In this document: piece after piece, positions 56,415 to 64,000 of the stretch
Position numbering within the stretch: the first letter of the stretch is position 1
Layout of the letters: each line of letters starts with the position of its first letter
Virus record (IMG/VR): IMGVR_UViG_3300025093_000019
Span: 15,290 to 79,289 of that record
From: a virus
Direction: 5' to 3' (one strand)
Length of the DNA: 64,000 bases
The notes under the pieces: model-generated
Databases searched by the model: none
What the model was told of the DNA's origin: nothing
The model's input: only the letters and a program-made list of their open reading frames with translations
Program-made: the position numbers and the translations under genes

Positions 56415-57455
56415 ATGTCAATAAGAAGGAATTTGAAAAGCTTAGGAAAAAAGCCAATGGAAATATTCAAAGAGATTGACATTGCAACTCCCATTTGGAA
56501 AACGAGATCTGTTGGCCTTAATGTATCTGATGTTCCCATGTCTCAGTGCGTTAAGGTTACGATCTCATATCGTAAGAAAGATGGTGAGCTTGCATACCCT
56601 GGAGAGTATATTATCAATGCCGATGACATAAGAAAATATCCGGCAATGAAAGTTAGAGGTGGTATCTTCGTACACGATGTTCCCATCAAAGAATTAGCAA
56701 ATTTAAATCAAAACGTAAAAAAGAGTAAGATGTTATTTGGATCTAATGAATTAAGTAAAATTATCAAGGAGTCTGCTGAAGCAGCATCTGGAAACTTTGA
56801 AAACAAAAAGTTAATTGAACCAGGTAAGTATATCATGACGATGACTGATGTCTCGTTAGAATATGCAAAGAGTGACAAGAAACCAATGGTTGTCGCAACA
56901 TTTGAATTAGATGATGATCATAGACCTATTAAAGAGTTTATGAAATTGGAAGGCCCAAACACTGACATTCCTAGAGAAAAGTTGGTAAGACTATTTCACC
57001 GTGGTTTCAATTATGAGATCCAGGCTTGTAATACAGAGGCAGATCTTCTAAATCAATTGACAAAGTTCAAAGGTAAAAAGCTGACTATTGCAGTCAAAGG
57101 AGTTAAGAAAGCATATTCATTCCAAGACAAAGAAGGGAAGGATGTTGTTATGGAGCAAACATATCCTGAATACTGGTATTGTGGTAGTCAAGGTGAGTTT
57201 GAAGATTTCTATATTGACATGTCAAAGTCAGTCAAAGAGTTGTCAACAGAAGACAAAGAAAAGTTAGTTCGTTTTGCTGAAATAAACGGAGGGCCTTATG
57301 TGCCTAAATCTAAAAAGGAAACAAAACAGGAAGAGCCTCAACCTGAGCCTACACCTGAACCGGATCCTGAACCAGTAAAAGAAGAACCAAAACAAGAAGA
57401 AAGTCCAGCACCAGAAGCAAACAATTCTGATGACGGTGATGACTTTCCATTTTAA
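56415..57455 (+). CDS. Single-stranded DNA-binding protein (DUF669-like) with N-terminal extension
   Basis: IEPGKY...SDK.M...F OB-like core, Pro/Glu linker, acidic tail DDGDDFPF; follows the Sak4-like gene. Confidence 0.65.
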   Translation: MSIRRNLKSLGKKPMEIFKEIDIATPIWKTRSVGLNVSDVPMSQCVKVTISYRKKDGELAYPGEYIINADDIRKYPAMKVRGGIFVHDVPIKELANLNQNVKKSKMLFGSNELSKIIKESAEAASGNFENKKLIEPGKYIMTMTDVSLEYAKSDKKPMVVATFELDDDHRPIKEFMKLEGPNTDIPREKLVRLFHRGFNYEIQACNTEADLLNQLTKFKGKKLTIAVKGVKKAYSFQDKEGKDVVMEQTYPEYWYCGSQGEFEDFYIDMSKSVKELSTEDKEKLVRFAEINGGPYVPKSKKETKQEEPQPEPTPEPDPEPVKEEPKQEESPAPEANNSDDGDDFPF

Positions 57456-57465
57456 TTAGTCAAGC

Positions 57466-57610
57466 AAGAAACAAGTACTAGGATCAGAAAGCTTACCGAA
57501 TAACCGAAGCTGTTATGCAACTTAGTCATGAGAACCCACGAGGAGCATGACTCTTTTCTAGCACTAGTAGGCGAAAGGAGAACACATTTTTTCCTAGTAA
57601 CTTGTTTCTT
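57466..57610 (+). ncRNA. Structured RNA candidate, unit 1
   Basis: AAGAAACAAGTACTAGGA pairs with TCCTAGT-A-ACTTGTTTCTT (18 bp, one bulge), enclosing AGCTT/AAGCT, AGTCATG/CATGACT and CTCTTTTC/GAAAGGAG hairpins. Confidence 0.6.
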
Positions 57611-57618
57611 AATAATAC

Positions 57619-57850
57619 TCAGAGAGTTCCCGGATAAAGACTAAGGATAAAACCGCTTAGGCTGTTCAAGCACGAAATAGTGTGGAGTCCCTGTCGACTA
57701 TAAACACCGGTTTCCTATGGGAACCCCTCGCATTCAGAGAGTTTTCGCCTTTGTGCCGATCAGCCGTGTCCAAGATGCATCTATTAAATGGTAAAGAGAA
57801 TATAAAGGCCCCAGGTTTCTCAGAGCACAATATAGAAAATGCCTCGACAT
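57619..57850 (+). ncRNA. Structured RNA candidates, units 2 and 3 (tandem, shared ends)
   Basis: Both start TCAGAGAGTTYYC and end TATRGRAAxxxCTCG(A)CAT, with compensatory TTCCC/GGGAA versus TTTTC/GAAAA pairing. Confidence 0.55.
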
Positions 57851-57852
57851 CT

Positions 57853-57880
57853 AGGGGAGGGAAAATCTCTCCCCTTTTTT
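57853..57880 (+). terminator. Rho-independent terminator
   Basis: AGGGGAGGGA-AAA-TCTCTCCCCT followed by a T-run. Confidence 0.8.
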
Positions 57881-57902
57881 AATTTTGAAAAAACATTAAA
57901 CA

Positions 57903-58949
57903 GTGATTACAAGAAAAGTCAAAACATCATTAGTTGGAAAAGACGAGCTATTCAAAGTGATAGCTTTAGGTGAATCTACTAGAATGCCAATATTATTTGT
58001 TGGTGTTCCGGGTGTTGCAAAAACACAAACGCTTATTGATTATGCCGCAGCAATGTCAGGATACGACAAAGAAGCTGCAAGAAGAGATACATTTGTATTA
58101 GAACTTGACGAGGGTACTAAATCCTCAGAAATTAAAGGTCGAGTTAACATGGAAAGCTTGTTGGTTGACAAGAAATACAAAATCGATGCACCCATTGCGG
58201 AAGCAAAATATGTTTTGATTAACGAGGTTGACAAAGGTTCGTCAGCCGTAAGAAATACTATGCTCTCAGTGATGAGAGAGAAAGCTCTGTTCTTAGGTTC
58301 AGAAATACGCCAGTGTAAATGGCAGCTATTTGCAGGATCATGTAATGTCATTCCTGATGATGAATTGGAGAACCCGTTTTGGGACCGATTCCTTATAACA
58401 TTTACTGTTGACCGCATTAAATGTTCCGACATTTATGGTAAAGCTTGGTTAGGCCAAAGAAAAGAACTAGACATCAATGTACCTGATAAATCAGATATTG
58501 ATAGCACTGCTCTTGATGCAAACATGATGAAGATCTTTGCAAAAGAGATCTATAAGCATGTATCTGACCGTACAATGATGGCTGTTCCTACGATTGTAAA
58601 AGCTATTAAGATTATATGGCAATTTGCTGATGCAGAAGCTATCATGAAAGCGTGTGAGTTTGTAGCACCGGCACAGGTACAATCTCTTTCTGCTAAACTA
58701 GAAGATCCAGCAATTGTGTCTATCAAGACCAAGATAAGAGAGATAACATCTTTGGATGATCAAGATCTGTTAATGACAACAATCCAAAAGATAGAGAATG
58801 AGATTTCTCAATTGAAAGCAAACCCAGTTTACACTGCAAAAGCTGAAGAGCTTGATATCGTTCTTAAAGATACAATCAGCAAGTCTGACAAGTGTCAAGA
58901 ATTGATTCAGTCTCTACAAGAGAAAGCTGCTGCATTTAATAAGGCGTAA
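57903..58949 (+). CDS. MoxR/RavA-like AAA+ ATPase
   Basis: GVPGVAKT, INEVDK, N.MLS.M.E, DRF. Confidence 0.85.
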   Translation: MITRKVKTSLVGKDELFKVIALGESTRMPILFVGVPGVAKTQTLIDYAAAMSGYDKEAARRDTFVLELDEGTKSSEIKGRVNMESLLVDKKYKIDAPIAEAKYVLINEVDKGSSAVRNTMLSVMREKALFLGSEIRQCKWQLFAGSCNVIPDDELENPFWDRFLITFTVDRIKCSDIYGKAWLGQRKELDINVPDKSDIDSTALDANMMKIFAKEIYKHVSDRTMMAVPTIVKAIKIIWQFADAEAIMKACEFVAPAQVQSLSAKLEDPAIVSIKTKIREITSLDDQDLLMTTIQKIENEISQLKANPVYTAKAEELDIVLKDTISKSDKCQELIQSLQEKAAAFNKA

Positions 58950-58950
58950 T

Positions 58951-60168
58951 ATGTTTACAGAAGAAATAAGTACTAGTTTTGACATAGTAAAACCAGAGAT
59001 TGATAACTGGACGGCACAAAACTTGGTAAATTATTTCAAGGACAAGGCAGGATACGAGAACGTCCCGGATTTCATGATTCGGGATGTTTTTAAATCCTAT
59101 TTTAGCCAATCCGAAGAAATGAAATATCAATGTCCAGAGTACATGCACTGGTGGCACGAAATGCTTCAAAACGTAAACAACTATCTATTAAAGACAGTTA
59201 CACAGGAAAAAGAAGGACATAGCTTTATTGCTATGAAGCACATTATTAAGATGTTAAGAGATGAGATTGAGAATGACGAAGACTTTAAAAATCATTGCAA
59301 TAATCCTGATGGTGGGGATGGCGATGATCAAGGCGATGGCAATGCTCCTTCTCCTAATCTTGATTCTATTAATGACAATCTCAAGAATAATATTAACCAA
59401 GCAATACAAGATGCTACAGAAGAGATTGAACAGAAAGAAAACGAATCAGACATGACCGGATCTGGACCTCTTTCAGGCATGTCTCCTGAAGATATTCAGG
59501 AAATGGAAGAAAAAGCACAGTTTATTGACCAGGTTATTATAAGTAAAAAACAAGTAGCTAAATTCATTAACAAATCCATTAAAGGATTCAAGAAAGGATT
59601 TGGTACAAAAAGTATCATGACTGAAGATTCTTTATTTGAAGCTGATGTTATTGAAGATCTACTTGATGAGCACTATTTATTCGACAATGCATTGGCATTG
59701 GATGTATGTGTTCGTGATACTAGACAACAAATGGTTGCTTTTGATCTATATATAGACGTATCCGGATCTATGAGTAACAGTATGCCTATTTATGGAAAAA
59801 ATGTACGCAGAATTCAAATGGCAATCGCTTTGGCTGTTAGAATGCAGCTTATGGGATGTTTAGGAAATGTTTATGCATTTAACAATAACATTAAGTCCGT
59901 TAAAGAAGATCGTATTTGGCATCTTAACACAAGTGGAGGTACTAGTATCGAGAAATGCATGCAGCAAATCAAGAAACTTGGAAGACCTTCTGTTGTTCTT
60001 ACTGATGGAGATGATGGCTTTGCTACCTATACGGAAAATGCATTCATTATGAGCATAAGCCCTAGCACAGGTTCATATTACATGAACCAGCCAGCTGTAA
60101 AGAAAATGGTACAAAACAGAAAGTACATCCAGTATGATGGAAAGAATCTGATAACACCAAGAAAATAA
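58951..60168 (+). CDS. vWA (MIDAS) domain protein, partner of the MoxR ATPase
   Basis: IDVSGSMS, GGT, VLTDG. Confidence 0.85.
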   Translation: MFTEEISTSFDIVKPEIDNWTAQNLVNYFKDKAGYENVPDFMIRDVFKSYFSQSEEMKYQCPEYMHWWHEMLQNVNNYLLKTVTQEKEGHSFIAMKHIIKMLRDEIENDEDFKNHCNNPDGGDGDDQGDGNAPSPNLDSINDNLKNNINQAIQDATEEIEQKENESDMTGSGPLSGMSPEDIQEMEEKAQFIDQVIISKKQVAKFINKSIKGFKKGFGTKSIMTEDSLFEADVIEDLLDEHYLFDNALALDVCVRDTRQQMVAFDLYIDVSGSMSNSMPIYGKNVRRIQMAIALAVRMQLMGCLGNVYAFNNNIKSVKEDRIWHLNTSGGTSIEKCMQQIKKLGRPSVVLTDGDDGFATYTENAFIMSISPSTGSYYMNQPAVKKMVQNRKYIQYDGKNLITPRK

Positions 60169-60173
60169 GAAAA

Positions 60174-61205
60174 ATGAAACTCAAAGAACTTATTCTATCA
60201 CAAATCTCTGAATTAGAGATATTTGAAAAGTATCTTGGAGTTAAAGTAAAGCTTGGAAAGGCGATGAAGTCTCCGTTACGTGACGAGAAGCATCCTTCTT
60301 TTAACATCTATCAAAATGAACATGGACATGTTTATTACAAAGATTTTGGTGATGAGAGAGGTGATTGTTTTAAGTTCGTAATGGAGATACATGGCTGTTC
60401 ATTCAAAGAGTCATTGGAACTAATAGCACAGGACTTTGGTATAAACAATAGCGATCAAGATCTTAGCAGGATCCGAAGGATAGCATCTAGAATTCGGATC
60501 CCTAAGATTTACATCAATCCTAGAAAAGAGTTTCCATATGCAAGAACTGAATGGGACGAGCTACAGCTTGATCTTTGGAGTAAAGCCAATATTACTACTG
60601 ATGTTCTTCAGGAGTATAATACTTGGCCAGTTAGTAAAGTAAAAATTCCAAAGAGAGATGGAGGAAGCTTTACTTTATATTCTAAGAATCAAGATCCTAT
60701 TTATTGCTTTGACTACGAAAATGGAGTCAAAAAATTCTACAGACCAAATGCTCCGGACAAGAAGTATAAATTCATTTCTAATCTAAGAAAAGGAGACATA
60801 TTTGGCCTTAAACAATTGCGTGATCATGTACAAAAAACAGGCACTAAAGAAGAGCTTGTAATTATTTGTGCAGGACAGAAAGATTGCTTATCTTTATATA
60901 GTAACACAGGCATTAGAGTCATAGCGTTAAACTCGGAATCGGCAGCACTCACAAAAGAACTTTACATCGAATTGATGGGGTACACAGAGCAGTTAGCCGT
61001 GTGCTATGACAACGATGAAACTGGTTATAAAAACGCAACAAAAATTAGAGAAGAATACAGCATCCCCTGGATTAATCTAGGTAAGATTGTTCATCCTGAT
61101 GAGGTAAACGATCTCTATGATTTCTTTGCGAAAAAGAAGAGCACAGAACAATTACTAAGATTAATAGATTCAAATGTTAATAGAAACAGAAATAATCTTC
61201 ACTGA
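60174..61205 (+). CDS. dnaG: DNA primase (crAss-type DnaG)
   Basis: SPLRDEKHPSF...YKDFG..GDCF N-domain; Toprim GQKD and YDNDETG; NDLYD. Confidence 0.85.
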   Translation: MKLKELILSQISELEIFEKYLGVKVKLGKAMKSPLRDEKHPSFNIYQNEHGHVYYKDFGDERGDCFKFVMEIHGCSFKESLELIAQDFGINNSDQDLSRIRRIASRIRIPKIYINPRKEFPYARTEWDELQLDLWSKANITTDVLQEYNTWPVSKVKIPKRDGGSFTLYSKNQDPIYCFDYENGVKKFYRPNAPDKKYKFISNLRKGDIFGLKQLRDHVQKTGTKEELVIICAGQKDCLSLYSNTGIRVIALNSESAALTKELYIELMGYTEQLAVCYDNDETGYKNATKIREEYSIPWINLGKIVHPDEVNDLYDFFAKKKSTEQLLRLIDSNVNRNRNNLH

Positions 61206-61428
61206 CATGTCTCAGAGTGACATCATGGGACATGAAGTGAACAAAACAGATCAGTTTATATTTGATCTGTCCAGTGTCTCCGGAATAATGCCAGGAGATG
61301 AGTCACAAAAAACATCAATTTTATTTTTAGAAGGAAAGGATGTTTTAGTCAATCTACCTTTTAAACCACTAATAAAGAAGTACATGAAAGTCAAAGACTG
61401 TTCATTTACTACATCTGATGAGGGGTAG
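61174..61428 (+). CDS. Hypothetical protein
   Basis: ORF track. Confidence 0.5.
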   Translation: MLIETEIIFTDMSQSDIMGHEVNKTDQFIFDLSSVSGIMPGDESQKTSILFLEGKDVLVNLPFKPLIKKYMKVKDCSFTTSDEG

Positions 61429-61681
61429 AATTAAAATGGCAATGGTTTCTCTCAAGTACAAAATGAAAGGAAGAGGGAGAAAGATGGAGTTGCATAAAAC
61501 TCCTAAAATCGAGTGTTTAGTTGTTGTTAAAGAGTGGGAAGGAAAAAGAGTACTAAAATTTAAAAGTAGAGTAATAAGTAGAGTTACTAGACAGATTAAT
61601 ATCAGCAAAAAAGCTATAGATCTAGATATTAATTCTATTGACATCATAAAAGATGTTGGTAAAACAAATTATGATGTATAA
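61418..61681 (+). CDS. Hypothetical basic protein
   Basis: ORF track. Confidence 0.5.
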   Translation: MRGRIKMAMVSLKYKMKGRGRKMELHKTPKIECLVVVKEWEGKRVLKFKSRVISRVTRQINISKKAIDLDINSIDIIKDVGKTNYDV

Positions 61682-62282
61682 AAAAGGCACAATGAGAAAA
61701 CCATATGAAGATGTATCTGATGACATAAAAGTAATGGCTACAGATATAATTACTATCGTATCACAAATCTTCGGTGTAGATAAAGAAGTAATCTTATCTA
61801 AGAGAAGACATGAGCACATAATAACAGCAAGAGCAGCATGCTTTGCTTTATTGTGTAAAGTTGAAAGAGTAGGGCCGGTAGATGCCGCTGCAATATTTAA
61901 GAAAGACCATTCTAGTGCAATACACGCAATCAAAGTTCATCATAACTCGTATGATACAAACCATTTTGGTTATTGCAACAAGTATGAAAAGTGTTTAGCT
62001 CTGTATTATATGAGCAAAGACAAAAAAGCACTAGAAGAAAACGATGCTGTTTATGGAGGAATATCTGCAATTGAAAAGAAAATCAATCGATTACTTGAAA
62101 TCAAAAGAAAACTGATCGAGTGCAGACTTCAGAACAAAAAGATAGATAGTCAGTTATTGAATGCAATCTCTCAAGAGATGCCTCCAGAGGTGACTCTTAA
62201 CTTGTATGAATCAAACATATCAAAAGGTATTAATATCAAAAACACAAAGCATGAGCCTGAAAATCAGCCAATCAATGATTAA
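61653..62282 (+). CDS. Protein with DnaA C-terminal (domain IV) HTH
   Basis: IVSQIFGV....ILSKRR...I..AR...IFKKDHSSAIHA. Confidence 0.75.
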   Translation: MLVKQIMMYKKGTMRKPYEDVSDDIKVMATDIITIVSQIFGVDKEVILSKRRHEHIITARAACFALLCKVERVGPVDAAAIFKKDHSSAIHAIKVHHNSYDTNHFGYCNKYEKCLALYYMSKDKKALEENDAVYGGISAIEKKINRLLEIKRKLIECRLQNKKIDSQLLNAISQEMPPEVTLNLYESNISKGINIKNTKHEPENQPIND

Positions 62283-63033
62283 AGCTTTCGACAAGGATGG
62301 TTATTGTCCGATGAAGCTAAAAGTAATCTACTTAGACAAGACACACAGTTTAATTCCAAGTCAAGCAATGGATAGAGGAGTCTATTTCGAGACTCTTTGT
62401 TTAGGATCCGGAGTAAATGGAAAACAGCTGCTTGATCTACCAAGAAAAAGAAATGGTGATAAAACAGTTGCTCAGGAGAGAATTGAAATGCAGGCTAAAG
62501 AGTTTGTACAAGTGCTTTCATCTCATAAAATGACTATTATTGATAGAGATGTGTACCTAGAAGCAGAGATCCCTGAACATCCGGGGATACTCTGTTGCGG
62601 TACCATTGACTTCACCTCATCAATATGGGATGATGTAGATGGACCAATACCAAAAGGTATATTCGATTTAAAATTAACCCAAACTATATATTCTCAGTTT
62701 GGGCCATACTGCTGGCATTTTCCACATAACATGGATCACACACAAGCATTCATGTACACACATTTATGGAAACAAATTCATGGTGAAGATCTTCCGTTTT
62801 ACTACTTAGTATTTGACTACAAGCCAACACCGGAGTACAAAATAGTAAAGAAGATTGTTGGAAAACTGGAAAGATATGAACTAGCAGAGTCAGTGAGAAA
62901 AACTATTGAAAAAATCAACCATCATGAACACCGTGGCTATTTTACAAATCCTATGCATGAAAACTGTAGGAATTGTCCATTAGCTGATCAGTGTCCAGAT
63001 GTAACAAGAGCAAAAAAAATACAGTCTATATGA
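62206..63033 (+). CDS. Cas4/RecB-like PD-(D/E)xK exonuclease with Fe-S cysteines
   Basis: CP near N-terminus, GTID, FDLK, QAFMY, C-terminal CRNCPLADQC. Confidence 0.8.
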   Translation: MNQTYQKVLISKTQSMSLKISQSMIKAFDKDGYCPMKLKVIYLDKTHSLIPSQAMDRGVYFETLCLGSGVNGKQLLDLPRKRNGDKTVAQERIEMQAKEFVQVLSSHKMTIIDRDVYLEAEIPEHPGILCCGTIDFTSSIWDDVDGPIPKGIFDLKLTQTIYSQFGPYCWHFPHNMDHTQAFMYTHLWKQIHGEDLPFYYLVFDYKPTPEYKIVKKIVGKLERYELAESVRKTIEKINHHEHRGYFTNPMHENCRNCPLADQCPDVTRAKKIQSI

Positions 63034-63293
63034 ACGAATGGATTTGTGAAGAATGCGGAACATGCTATATGTCTAGAGGATCTTTAGAAGATTTAATTCC
63101 AGTTAGATGGAAGGATGGACATACATGTGAGCTTGTTGTATTAAAGAGTAAAGAGCACAAAGAGTTAGTGCAAGCACAAGCAGAGTATAAAGAACTACTT
63201 AATACTATGCTACCGGATGACTGCAATACACAAGTAGGAGTGTTGCAACGTAAAATTGACAGACTTAAAAAACTTGTCCAAACAAACCTTTAA
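62991..63293 (+). CDS. Hypothetical protein with Cys/His motif and coiled tail
   Basis: WICEECG...HTC. Confidence 0.45.
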   Translation: MSRCNKSKKNTVYMNEWICEECGTCYMSRGSLEDLIPVRWKDGHTCELVVLKSKEHKELVQAQAEYKELLNTMLPDDCNTQVGVLQRKIDRLKKLVQTNL

Positions 63294-63717
63294 TGTCCTA
63301 GATCTGGCAAGTAAGCCAAAGGACCAAAGATTTACAGAAGAAGAAAAAGCCTTTCTAAGAAAGAAATATCCAAGAAAAAGAAGTCGGATCCGATACGGGA
63401 TCTGGAAGAATGAACAGCGTAATGGAATGCAAATAGTAATAATGATTGAGGATCATATACATATGGGCCGTCGTCCAGGTGTAGATAACTCAATTGAATT
63501 TATTGCAGAGCAACCATTATCTGAAAAAGAATATGAGGAGTGCATTGAAAACTTTGGATGTAACTCTCGTACATACACTATGTATCGATATGAAAATGTC
63601 GAACAGGTGATGCGTGAAGATGCTAAGTGTGGATACGAAACTCCTCAGAAATTTATTAACGAGTGTAGGTACAGGGGACTTACTGAAGCTCCTAATTTAT
63701 TTAGCAATGTCAAATGA
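63256..63717 (+). CDS. Hypothetical protein
   Basis: ORF track. Confidence 0.5.
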   Translation: MTDLKNLSKQTFNVLDLASKPKDQRFTEEEKAFLRKKYPRKRSRIRYGIWKNEQRNGMQIVIMIEDHIHMGRRPGVDNSIEFIAEQPLSEKEYEECIENFGCNSRTYTMYRYENVEQVMREDAKCGYETPQKFINECRYRGLTEAPNLFSNVK

Positions 63718-64000
63718 TAGAAAAGGTAACTCGCAAGACTTTTGTAATCAGGTCATCCGGAAGAAGTAGTGATTTTATATCACCTTCTTTCGGTCATGGC
63801 TGTTTGCTTAACTGTTCTTACTGCTACATGAAGAGACACAAGCCAGAAGGACTTAGTGTTGCTAAAAACATAGGATCTATACTTACTGAGATATCAAATC
63901 ATGCTTGGTTTGCAGAAATAGAAAAGCCAAATCAAACAGATCCTGAATTTATTACATATGATATAAGCTGCAATGAAGATTTCGCACTTCATGCAAAGTA
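63714..64000 (+). CDS. Spore-photoproduct-lyase-like radical SAM enzyme (partial, runs off window)
   Basis: ATGA overlap; MIEKVTRKTF...SPSFGHGCLLNCSYCYM (CxxxCxxC)...ISCNEDF. Confidence 0.75.
   Translation, partial: MIEKVTRKTFVIRSSGRSSDFISPSFGHGCLLNCSYCYMKRHKPEGLSVAKNIGSILTEISNHAWFAEIEKPNQTDPEFITYDISCNEDFALHAK

Noticed and set aside
57466-57850. tRNA, tmRNA, retron msr-msd, CRISPR array or known ribozyme
   Set aside because: No T-loop or CCA, no tag reading frame, no reverse transcriptase or cas operon in the window, and no hammerhead/HDV core recognised. Kept as an unassigned RNA.
57682-57882. 66-aa ORF
   Set aside because: GTG start without a leader, runs through the hairpins and terminator; likely spurious
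62206-63033. CRISPR-associated cas4
   Set aside because: No array or other cas genes; solo Cas4-like exonucleases are common in phage replication modules
1-64000. Stop-codon reassignment (TAG or TGA) as in some Crassvirales
   Set aside because: Long genes are intact under code 11, and TAG and TGA both terminate tightly packed genes

Overview
This window is about 64 kb of a crAss-like (Crassvirales-type, podovirus-like) bacteriophage genome. The host is probably a member of Bacteroidota, based on TTTG-N20-TAnnTTTG promoters. It uses the standard genetic code. The minus strand (1-46,100) holds the virion module: RusA-like resolvase, tail-fibre and lysis genes, TerL, portal, scaffold-like protein, major capsid protein, ring/tail proteins, an IHF-like protein and putative ejected cargo proteins. 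It ends in a >4,300-aa ORF (12,979 to beyond position 1) that the ORF track omits because its stop lies outside the window. That ORF fuses an SF1 helicase, a RecB-type nuclease and crAss-type virion RNA polymerase motifs. The plus strand (46,294-64,000) holds early and replication genes: DnaB, primase, Sak4-like ATPase, SSB, MoxR-vWA pair, HU, DnaA-C HTH, Cas4-like nuclease and an SplB-like radical SAM enzyme. The most unusual observations are: (i) several ~110-145-nt end-paired structured RNA candidates, three in tandem at 57,466-57,850 and one with the same bulged closing stem at 48,475-48,585; (ii) a SET-domain methyltransferase fused to a putative cargo protein; (iii) a recurring [FYM]xxGG motif in the cargo proteins; (iv) a ~70-nt sRNA with its own host-type promoter and terminator at the strand switch. 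All product calls come from motif recognition by eye, without database searches.
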